From Chrysomallon squamiferum (Eukaryota > Animalia > Mollusca): DNA of 64,000 nt. Both the position numbers and the translations under genes were made by a program. Each line of letters starts with the position of its first letter. The first letter of the stretch is position 1. Location of the stretch: positions 15,500,001 to 15,564,000 of the forward strand of contig CM022675.1 of NCBI GenBank assembly GCA_012295275.1, read 5' to 3'. Below, piece after piece: positions 14,341 to 24,462 of this stretch. Under the pieces are notes generated by a model that was given only the letters and a program-made list of their open reading frames with translations, was not told the DNA's origin and did no database searches.

Positions 14341-16137
14341 AAAAAATGGCTGATGGAACCACAGAGTGTAAAAACAAAAAACACAAAGAAAACTGTGTGT
14401 TGTGTGTATATGTGATGCATATGACCAACACTGGTTGTGAGATGATTTCAAACGTGTGTCATTTGTTATATTCTGGTTTATTACTTTTCTTTTTTCTTTG
14501 CACTAAAATAAACCATGCTGCGATATCAGTTTAAAACCAAACTATACTCATCTAGCTTTACAGGAGCAGTTAGCCACTGATAGCTGTTTCAAACAAACTT
14601 GAATGAGCAGTTTATGTGCCGAGTCGTTTTTCCTCATGGAACGCCAGCATCTCCCACTCACTTTCGATTGATTTTAATCGGAAATTTTATATCATTTCTG
14701 ATATAATTTTACGAAATGCCAACGATTAAACTACATTTATTTTTTATCATTTACTTATTTTAGCTAAGAAGATTAAACTGCAGTTTTTAATTCAAATGAT
14801 CATTACAAACGAGAAGGTATTTTGAAATATTTGATTACTGAATATCAGTAATTGATCTCTAAGCAAAGTTACTAGACTGAATGTAATCGCTCATCCATTG
14901 AATGCACACACGATATTTCACGTGGTATGTCGTAAAGAGAATAATTTGTTGTTTATCTGACATGTCTCCACAACTCCGATTTGTCCATGGGCCGGACCAC
15001 CTGAGTGATCAAATAGCGTGAGACTTGCGTCAACGGAGTGTTCCATTTATGAAAACCAGCCACACAAAACTGTTTTGATCTGCAATGTGCTAACCCAAGA
15101 TTATCCTATCTCTACATCAGAACCGTACAGTGCACGTGAGAAGGTCTTTGTATTAGTTTTACGTCTCAGCTTTATATAGAAATATATATATAATTTCCAC
15201 ATTGTTTTATAGACATACCGTGCTGTGCAGACGGTCTTTGGGTTCGTTTAGTCACAACTGAACAAATATGTAGTTTCTATACCATAGACTGTAGAGGGTC
15301 TTAACCGTCTTTCGCTCTCTTTCTCTATATATATTGGGTACACGATAAATTAATATCAACAAAACCTCGCAGGTTTGAGAAAGACACGTCAAGATATTTT
15401 TTAATTATATTTTATTATTATTATTGTTCGTGGTGGTGATGGCGTTTGTAAAGTAATTCTATGTTTAAAATTAAACTTCTTGGTTTTACAACCAAATAAT
15501 CTCAAAAATAACAGTTTCATTGTTATACCATTATGTTTGTATTACAATAGTCTGCTAATATGCTTTATATACAATGAATTCGGGTTGTGTCATTAGTTAG
15601 AAGGTATCACTGACGCTTCACAGATAGCAGGATCAGTTGTCTTCTGCGATACTTCTAGGCATTATCTACATGGTATATATTCGATTCGAGAAAACATGAA
15701 ACTAATGGGTCAGCCAATTTATGTTTCCACAGGTGTCAGTCACTTCGGAACTTCAATCAGTCAAAGCGTGCTATTTCCACACACCCATAATGTTTTATTT
15801 TCGGCCGCCATATTGTCCCACAAGCAGTGTTTTTATGTCGGTCATTCTTTAGTTCAGTTGTTCTGCAAGCGTTAATACTTCCTTTATTAGACGGCATTAT
15901 TCACAGGCACAATCGTGAAGTGACATGCTTGGTTTCCGAAGACGAAAATACAACGCGAAATTTTAAAAAAATCGATTCGACAATCCGGACGACTACACTA
16001 TCAAAAAGAAAGTCATTTATAAACATGAACATGTTTTCCTATACTAATAATAATAGTACACACAGTTGATATTTAGCTATATACGAATTAGCCAAATACG
16101 AATAATAGACATGTCCGTACACAGCCATTGAACATAA

Positions 16138-16360
16138 AAAAAGAAGAAAGAAATGTTTTATTTCATGACACACTCAACACATTTTATTTACGGTTATAGG
16201 GTGTCGGACATGTGGTTAAGGACCACATTACATTGAGAGAGGAAACCCGAGATGCCACTTCATGGGGATACTACTTTTGATTAGCAGAACCTTCCCATAG
16301 ACAGGGTAGTACATAGCAGTCGTGGTGCACTGGTTGGAACACGAAATGGCCCAATGGACC
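16138..16360 (-). mobile_element. SINE-like repeat copy 2 (partial)
   Basis: Same motif series as 14148-14340, extending to GTCGTGGTGCACTGG..GAAATGGCCCAATGG. Confidence 0.55.
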
Positions 16361-16467
16361 CAGAGACAAAAAAAACAAGTGCTTTTGTGTCTGTGATGCA
16401 TATGACCAAAATAGGTTGTGAGGTGAAATGAAATTAAACATTTGGGCGATTTATTGTAAATATTCAA

Positions 16468-16722
16468 CTATAACAAACAGTCTTGACAATGCAGCTTTAA
16501 GACACGTGTGTCATTTGTTATATTTTGGTCGGAAAGTTTTATATAGTGGATATAGCCTGGCGTAAAATAATTTAAACCGTTCTCTAGTGCTTTTCTGGAA
16601 AGGCCCGAGCTTTCAGGAAGATATAAAAACGACACATCATCTGGAATACTTTTTAGATCAGCTACGATTCCGCCATTTTTGATGTTAGCTTGTGGGACGT
16701 AGTAAGAGTAACTAAGGGGCAT
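16468..16722 (-). pseudogene. Coding remnant, probably transposon-associated; paralog at 19807-20043
   Basis: ADLKSIPDDVSFLYLPE..RKALENGLNYFTPGYIHYIK vs ADLKGIPDDVSVSYLPERKAQEKGLNYFTQGYIHDIK. Amino acids are conserved despite many third-position changes. Family not securely identified. Confidence 0.5.
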
Positions 16723-16739
16723 GGCTTATGGAGTAATTT

Positions 16740-18700
16740 CTTTCTTTCTCTAAGACTTCCATAATTATCTCCCTTTCTTAGAATCGCACATTATATGCAA
16801 TTAAGATTTTATTTGTTATATTAGTAATGTGACAGGATCAGTGGGCATTTACCTGTACATTTGTGTGAATAACGTGTGTATGTGTGTAAGAAAATGTGGA
16901 TATAATGGGATTCTGTTAGAGAGATACATGTGTGAGTGAAAGAGAGTGTACATATCTTTGGGTACGTGTGTTGAAGTATGGGTAAGCGTGCGAATGTGAA
17001 AGGAGGAGTGGATATGTTCACGTATATGTGTAACAAAGTGTGGGATGTGTTTATGTGTTAGAGGTAGAAAGAGTGTGCATCTGTATGGGTGTGTGTGTTA
17101 GGGTGGGTACATAACAGAGTGTGAAAGGGTGTAGTGATATATACATGTGTGAGTGAAAGACAGGGTACATGTGAATGGGTGTAGTATGGGTGTGTGTTAG
17201 GGTGTGTGTTAGGGTGTGTGTTAGGGTATGTGTTAGGGTGGGTACATAACAGAGTGTGAAAGGGTGTAGTGATATATACATGTGTGAGTGAAAGACAGGG
17301 TACATGTGAATGGGTGTAGTATGGGTGTGTGTTAGGGTGGTGTTAGGGTGTGTGCTAGGGTGGGTACATAACAGAGTGTGAAAGGGTGTAGTGATATATA
17401 CATGTGTGAGTGAAAGACAGGGTACATGTGAATGGATGTATGGGTGTGTGTTAGGGTGTGTGCTAGGGTGGGTACATAACAGAGTGTGAAAGGGTGTAGT
17501 GGTATATACCTGTGTGAGTGAAAGACAGGGTACATGTGAATGGATGTATGGGTGTGTGTTAGGGTGTGTGTTAGGGTGTGTGCTAGGGTGGGTACATAAC
17601 AGAGTGTGAAAGGGTGTAGTGGTATATACATGTGTGAGTGAAAGACAGGGTACATGTGAATGGGTGTATGGGTGTGTGTTAGGGTGTGTGTTAGGGTGTG
17701 TGCTAGGGTGGGTACATAACAGAGTGTGAAAGGGTGTGTAAAAGGTGGTTGAGATGTTTGTAGAGATGAATTAAAGTGATAATTAAATAATGTAATATAA
17801 TTTCTTTTCTTTCAAAAAATACTTAATATTTTGTTTTAGGTGTTGATATTTCTTGTTCTTTTTAATTGTTGATAATTAATGTATATGTAGCACTTTGTGA
17901 ACGAGGTGAATGTCGAAGAATAATTAAGCTGTAACCTGCTCTGACTCTGCCTTGATCTCAACTGTCTGCTGGGAGGTTAAAGATCGGATTTTGATTTTTC
18001 GCAATGGGCATCTATGATTCTTTTACAAATCTCGCATAAATGTATTTATTTATTGTCTTTATATATCCGACTTCTTTTATTTTTATGAACCACATAAATC
18101 TATGTCCAAATTAGTTTAGTATTCTTTTCATTAAGCCGACCCTTCTAAATCTGTTTTTTCATAGTGTATGTCACAAGAAACATATATTTCTTATGACACT
18201 AAACAACATATTTTTGTGCTTATTGAGGTCACTGATTAACCAACATGTATTTTATTCATAATTTAGGATTGGGATAATTTGATAAGTAGTCTTAGGGATT
18301 CACTTTAACAACTTTAAGGAGAAATGCATAGTTATATCTAAATGATTTAATAATTAAGTGACTAAAACTAATGTGAAAAGTAAAGTAAATTAGATGTTAA
18401 TTTTAATTTTATAATTTCTTCATTATAAACAGATGAGAAATGAAGATAAATCTTATTAATGATTAATTAAATGAGTAGTATTCACTTTTATTGTTTCAAA
18501 TTATATTAGATATATATTGTATAAATGTTTGTAAGTGATATGAAAATTCATAGAAAAGTTAATAAATGAAAATTATTCAATAAATAAATACAAACTAAAA
18601 ATTCAACACGAGAATAAATAGATAAATAAATAAGGAAGTATGTAAGTAGGTAAATAACTAACTAACTAAATAAATAATAAAAAAAAAAGTTTTAGAATAT
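16740..18700 (+). repeat. ~2-kb direct repeat copy A, including a GT-rich higher-order repeat with TGTGTGTTAGGG units (17050-17740)
   Basis: Colinear with 26400-28760 (CTTCCATAATTATCTCCCTTTCTTAGAATCG...; GTGAACGAGGTGAATGTCGAAG...; AAGCCGACCCTTCTAAATC...). Confidence 0.93.
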
Positions 18701-19183
18701 TTTTAAATGATTTCTCTGTGTCATATACTTTGAACAAAATCTCTATTCCGATAGAAGAAATTCGTTTATGTCTACGGATATCAAAGACATTAATGCAATT
18801 GCTTTTAACTCTCCTGGTGTTAGTTTAGTGCATTCTTGTGTACATGGATTTCGAAATACTCCCTCTTGCCTAGTAAAGTAGAAAATACAAAAACTAAACA
18901 ATAAAAAGTTATGATTACTGAACTAGGAAAATGATGTCAGGAAATGACTAGAATCGAGGATTTTGCTCCGCTCGGCGATTAAGTGTTTTGCCTCATTTCA
19001 AAACGAGTCTAGTTAGACCATGACAGAGATATTATATTTTATATATTTCTTTTTTTCTTTTTCTTTTAATTGCAGTTAAACCATCTTAAACAGATGAATT
19101 ACTGTATCTTACTACTGTGCTATCTTTTTAATTCCTTATAAAGTAATCTTTAAAAATAGTTTAGATTCAGTTATATTTACGGG

Positions 19184-19238
19184 GGGAAAATCCGTTTTTC
19201 AGTTTCAGTAAGTGTAACGCGCATGATCGGAATATAAA
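19184..19238 (+). promoter_or_regulatory. Candidate promoter of the Ig-TIR gene: kappaB-like + ISRE-like + TATA
   Basis: GGGAAAATCC 19184-19193, TTTCAGTTTC 19197-19206, TATAAA 19233-19238, in a CpG-richer patch 1.7 kb upstream of an ATG that directly follows a splice acceptor. Confidence 0.45.
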
Positions 19239-19806
19239 GGATTTCTATTGTTTGTCGACCTCGTTCTCGCAGTATTTCATAAGCCCTTCATATATCGCGA
19301 CGCCATATTAGCTATAGTTAATGATTATAGACTGCAGAGGAACTTAACCGTCTCTCGCTCTCTTTCTCTCTATATACTGGGTGGAAATAATTTATAAACC
19401 TCGCAAGTTTGAGACAGACACTTCAAGATTTGTGGTATGTTATTTTTAATTATATTTTATTATTATTATTGTTGTTGTCGTTGTTGTTGCTGTTTGTAAA
19501 GAAATGTTTAAAATTAAACTTGTTGGTTTTACAACTAAATAAACTTAAATAATTAAGTTTATGTTTTATTATTATTGTTGTTGTTGGTGTTTGTAAAGTA
19601 ATCCGGATATTAATTATATGTTTAAAATTAAATTTGTTGGTTTTACAACTAAATAAACTTACGTATAATATTTTGATTGTTGTACAATTAATTATTTTTT
19701 ATTATTATTGTTGTTTTCTTTGTTGTTGCTGTTATTGTTTGTAAAGAAATGTTTAAAATTAAACTTGTTGATTTTACATCTAAATAAACTTAAATAATTG
19801 TTATGG

Positions 19807-20043
19807 CTAATGGAACCACAGACAGTGTAAAAAAAAAACCAAAAAAAAAACCAAAAATGCATATGACCATTCTCGGTTGATTTTCCTCGGAAATTTTATA
19901 TCATGGATGTAGCCTTGCGTAAAATAATTTAAACCTTTCTCTTGTGCTTTTCTCTCAGGAAGATATGAAACCGACACATCATCTGGAATACCTTTTAGAT
20001 CAGCTACGCCGTCTGCTATTTTGGATGTTAGCTTGTAGGACAT
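19807..20043 (-). pseudogene. Second, diverged copy of the same coding remnant
   Basis: Protein-level similarity to 16468-16722; an internal deletion and a frame change near the 3' end. Confidence 0.5.
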
Positions 20044-20803
20044 AGTGACAGTAACTAAGAGAGGCGTGGCTTACGGAGTTATTGCTATAATTGCTTCTTT
20101 ATCATTTCTTTTCTTCTTTTTTTTTAGATAGGCAACCGTTAATTCTAATAACATAATGAAGGTTCCTGGAGTTATCTCCCTTATTGTTTTATATCCCTCA
20201 ATTATTCCTATAGGACAATTGAATGGAATGAAAGAATACAGGAAACAAGAAAGAAATGGAAAATAACATCACGAAAATAACTAGATTTAATTCTAATTCG
20301 ATTCACGAAAGACAGTGTCCTAACTGTCTTTTTACGTGAAGTTCAAACAGAAGCGACTTAATATTCTTCAGAATATCTACACTATATTTCTACAATGCTT
20401 CTTTACTCTCTACGAGTTGTGGAGATGAAAATAGTTTCTAATTAAATATATTTTTAATAATTTAAATATAGGCAATATATATTAAATAGTAGATCATTCT
20501 TTTGTTTTTATTTTCTGTTCTTTAATTTTTTTTCAATTATAAAAGTGTATGTATGTAAATATGTATGTGTGTTCACTATATTTATTAAACACAGACACAC
20601 ACATACATGCATATATACATACAAACACATATATACGCTCATAAAGGATGTTGACCTATATATATATATATATAGGACAACATCATTTATGACAGTTTAT
20701 AATTTTGTGAAAATTTATACAAAATACAGTGAATATTATCAATAAATTTATTGTGTAAATTACCCGTAAAGTGTAAATAATAATAAGAAGAAGAAGAATA
20801 ATC

Positions 20804-20843
<40 letters not shown>

Positions 20844-20922
20844 GAAAAGAAGAAAAGAAAACCATTTCCATAGAAAAAAATGTCGTAAATTACCGTATGA
20901 AATTCTTATTTTATTCTAACAG

Positions 20923-23085
20923 ATGGATCACCCACTGAAACGTTGCTGTCGAAGTAAAAAGAAAACTTTGCTGTTACTGTTTTGTGTTGCGGGTTTGACT
21001 GTTTCGTTATTTACTTTTTTCACTTTTCAAACAAACAGTGTTGAAGTTTCCAGCGTTAACTGGCAAACAGTTTTGGACCAGACATCACTGTTTTTTATAT
21101 CAATCGTCTGTCTGATTCGTGGATATTTTCGTGATTATTACACGAGATACAGTGCATGGCGTATTATCCTGTATGTGTTGATTATTTCACTGACAAGTTA
21201 TGTTCTAGTGGCTCATGTTTTAGACTCATTAGCTCTACTCTCCTGGGATCAGCTTAAGGGAAATGTGATACGTCGTCTAGATGACAGCGTGATAATAACT
21301 GATGAAAACAGAAATGAAACAACATCGATGATTCGAACTGAAAAACCTAAGGTTCTTGAGGAGCATTTCAGATACAATAATGAAGATGTCAGGTTTCGCT
21401 GTAATGATGTCATGGTTTTCGAATCAGAAGTAGAACCTGATTCTATACAAGTTGTTTGGAAACACAATGGTGAAGATATTATCCCGTCGTGGAAATACCA
21501 TATAAATTCTACATCTAGCGTTTGGCCATTAGCTCCAAGCAGGTTTATATATGTTTTTGAATCGACACTCACAATATATCTAATAGAAAACAGAGATTTT
21601 GGAAATTATTCCTGCCATATCAGGGAAACTACGGAACAAAAACTTAAGAATTACGATGTAGAAAAAAGAAAAAGACAGGAAATGTCTGATTCCGAAGAAA
21701 ATTATTATATTGTTTTGGAATTGCTGAAGATTATTTTGCAGTGGAACCCCTACGTGTTGGTAGGCGAATACAAACTGAGTAAAATACCCTCAACAATCAT
21801 AACTGAGTCAGCTCCTCCGGGTGGAATCGTATCTTTGAGTGCGTCTTATTTAAATGAAGCTGAAAAAGAAGACATCGTTGTTGGTTATTTTATTAACAAT
21901 AAACCATACTACGAGGTATGTTCGGGACTTCTGTCTGGGTGTTCTCTTTTTACATTCATGTACTGGAGATGTTGGCATCCTGAAGGAAATTCTGATGGAA
22001 TTCCGAACTTTGTTGGTCATTGGGAAAGAAATAAAAATTCCATATTAGCTAACGCTTGGCAGTGTGCATGTCCATCAACCTATGGTATTCACAGTTTCAA
22101 GTTTTATAGAAATTTCTATAACGTTTCGAGTGGGAGACATGTCGTCGTAGAAGTGGATCATCCTACACGTATTCGACTTATTCCTCGAACCGCAGACTTG
22201 TTTCTAATTTTTCAGAATGATTCAAAGCCGCAACAGTTTGGAGAAGAATGTTTCGACTCGATTCCATTCACGAGTTCATGTTCTTGGCTGCAGAGCGTCA
22301 TAAATGACCTGAATAGAAATTACTTTATAATAGAATATTCTGTATTTTCCATATGCCTTTGTTTGACAATGTTTATATCTTATATAGCACGCAAATGGAT
22401 TATCCATTGTATTACACCAGTGAGGGATCTCATTTTGGAAGGACGAGATTCGGAATCTTTGACTGAAAGTAAATCTCAGGAAGCTTTAGGAGGTATTGGT
22501 AACACGGACGCTTCTCGCAGATTTGACGTTTACATTTCACACGCTGACTCTGAGAATGAACTTGCGCAGAAATTAGCGGACATATTAGAATCTTTTGGGA
22601 AGAAAGTGTATTACAGATATCGCGATGTCGCAGCCGGACAAGTAGAAACTGAAGAAGTGGCTAAAGCTATAACTACAAGCAGCAAATATTTAGTCAATGT
22701 TTCCGTCAACTATATCAGCAGTTACCGTCAGCCCGGTTATGAGTTTCACATGATACTGAGAGAAATCGACGGTAAGAGGATAAAAGAAAAAGATGTTTTA
22801 CTGCTTAAACACGGAACGTGCAACATTTCAAATTTCTTCTACAGCTATTCTGACATGCAAATACTGGACTATGATACGAACAGTGTCGAGGAATTGACAA
22901 GAAAACTGAAACGGTGGTCATCAGCTGATAAGGGAAAGAAGTCAAAGTTTTTATCATTTGATTTTCTTTTCTTGATCAGTGGCATATTTGTAAGTGTAGT
23001 GATAATACCAAGTGTTTATATCACTGTTTTGAACTATATAATAAGAGTGCCAGTCATGTTGTTGACGAAAGTTATTTATGGATAG
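20923..23085 (+). CDS. Ig-domain + TIR-domain multipass membrane receptor (IL-1R-like), 720 aa, single coding exon
   Basis: Intact 2.16-kb ORF. Ig motif DVRFRC160..VVW179KHNG..STLTI..DFGNYSC231; TM ~467-489; TIR box1 FDVYISHA (534-541), RDVAAG (567-572), GYEF (E607); extra hydrophobic segments ~16-35, 55-69, 81-100, 681-703. Acceptor TTTTATTCTAACAG abuts the ATG; AATAAA at 23371. Confidence 0.92.
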   Translation: MDHPLKRCCRSKKKTLLLLFCVAGLTVSLFTFFTFQTNSVEVSSVNWQTVLDQTSLFFISIVCLIRGYFRDYYTRYSAWRIILYVLIISLTSYVLVAHVLDSLALLSWDQLKGNVIRRLDDSVIITDENRNETTSMIRTEKPKVLEEHFRYNNEDVRFRCNDVMVFESEVEPDSIQVVWKHNGEDIIPSWKYHINSTSSVWPLAPSRFIYVFESTLTIYLIENRDFGNYSCHIRETTEQKLKNYDVEKRKRQEMSDSEENYYIVLELLKIILQWNPYVLVGEYKLSKIPSTIITESAPPGGIVSLSASYLNEAEKEDIVVGYFINNKPYYEVCSGLLSGCSLFTFMYWRCWHPEGNSDGIPNFVGHWERNKNSILANAWQCACPSTYGIHSFKFYRNFYNVSSGRHVVVEVDHPTRIRLIPRTADLFLIFQNDSKPQQFGEECFDSIPFTSSCSWLQSVINDLNRNYFIIEYSVFSICLCLTMFISYIARKWIIHCITPVRDLILEGRDSESLTESKSQEALGGIGNTDASRRFDVYISHADSENELAQKLADILESFGKKVYYRYRDVAAGQVETEEVAKAITTSSKYLVNVSVNYISSYRQPGYEFHMILREIDGKRIKEKDVLLLKHGTCNISNFFYSYSDMQILDYDTNSVEELTRKLKRWSSADKGKKSKFLSFDFLFLISGIFVSVVIIPSVYITVLNYIIRVPVMLLTKVIYG

Positions 23086-23755
23086 TAAAATCAAGCTGTA
23101 AATTGTAAGTGTACAGTGGTACCTTGCCTTCCGAGCGCCATATTCGGAACTGCATTTGAAACAAAAATTACGTTATGTTCTGTGTGTGTGTGATGTTGTT
23201 ATTTAATTTGATTCTATAAAATAAGTAGTAACAGTAATGACACTAAAGGTGATGATGATAGAAAAAACTAATAATACTTCTTCATATTGTAAAAGAAGTT
23301 ATTTGAATATACACACATTTCAATATAATTGAGGAAATCGAATTAGCTTATAACAGTTTTGTATTTGTTTAATAAATGTTTGAAATCAGCGATTTTTATG
23401 CTTTTTATAACTTATGACTTAATCTTTAAGTTTTCAGATCTGTAAAACATTTGTATCATTAATTTCAGTGAGGTATTTTAAAATTCTAAAATATCATCTT
23501 ACTTTTTATTAACATTTTTTAATAGGCTTACTCTTTTATTAGCAGCAGTAAGTTATTTTTACATACCCTTTCCCTACAGAAGACAGCACATACCATGTCC
23601 TTTTATAAACCAGTACTGACACTTTGATTTACAAGTTTTTTTATATCTGTAAATTATTATAAGAATGATTTTGAATTTGTTAGTTTGATAAATGATAAAA
23701 CAAAAACAAATATTTACATTTGATTTTTATAATCATAATTAATTTTTGTTTATTT

Positions 23756-23800
<45 letters not shown>

Positions 23801-24015
23801 TTCACCAAGGTAAAACTTAAATGCAAGAATAAAACAGTGTATGTACAGATTAGCTTCAGTTACTTGTCTACTGCTTCCTTAGTTTTCTGTTTTTGTCAGA
23901 GATCTGTAAAACAAATGAATTAATATTTAAACACACCCCAGTGGTTATTAAGTGACACATATTTGTAAAAGTAAACATATTGGGTTTTTTATATAATAAT
24001 TATATCAGTGTAAAT

Positions 24016-24309
24016 CAGACATGGGCAACCTTTTTTCGAGAAGCGGGCCACATGAGACATGGCTCACACTCAGGCAGGTTGCAGCTACTAATTTAGGCGA
24101 TTTTGTGTTTTTACGTAGAGTTTATTTTAAGAAATTTTTCAGTTTCATTTACTTCAGGAATTGTTACAATAAAAAAAATGACATATGTTTTAGTATATTA
24201 GTAGATACAAAATAGACACATTTTATAAAATTTGAATTAACGTTATTTTCCTTGTGAAATTAGGCGGGCCACTCAGAAAGCCGCGCGGATCGCAGTTTGC
24301 CCATCACTG
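24016..24309. mobile_element. hAT-type MITE (~294 bp)
   Basis: TIRs CAGACATGGGCAACC / GTTTGCCCATCACTG, subterminal GCGGGCCAC motifs, imperfect 8-bp TSD GTGTAAAT / ATTTAAAT. Confidence 0.8.
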
Positions 24310-24315
24310 ATTTAA

Positions 24316-24462
24316 ATATGTTGTTTTATATGATAATTAAATCAGTGTAAATATGTTGTTTTATATGATAATTAAATCAGTGTAAATATGTTGTTTTATA
24401 TGATAATTAAATCAGTGTAAATATGTTGTTTTATATGATAATTAAATCAGTGTAAATATGTT
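24316..24462. repeat. 35-bp tandem repeat, ~4 copies
   Basis: ATATGTTGTTTTATATGATAATTAAATCAGTGTAA repeated directly after the MITE. Confidence 0.9.

Larger units (their letters stand above)
13008..16360 (+). repeat. Tandem duplication: 13008-14340 and 14711-16360; third partial copy at ~19330-19560
   Basis: Long near-identical stretches (GCCAACGATTAAACTAC...; both copies carry the spurious VLQALILPLLDG ORF). The first copy lacks ~15021-15170 and ~15703-15858. Confidence 0.92.

Noticed and set aside
13869-16069. Duplicated ORF VLQALILPLLDG... as a gene pair
   Set aside because: Identity comes from the DNA duplication; starts differ and no domain is recognisable.
16821-17655. His/Thr-rich ORFs (also 26580-27347, 4372-4764)
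   Set aside because: Translations of the CA-rich strand of the GT repeat.
17050-17740. True telomere or chromosome-fusion site
   Set aside because: TTAGGG is never tandem; it is always separated by (TG)3 and there is no head-to-head arrangement.
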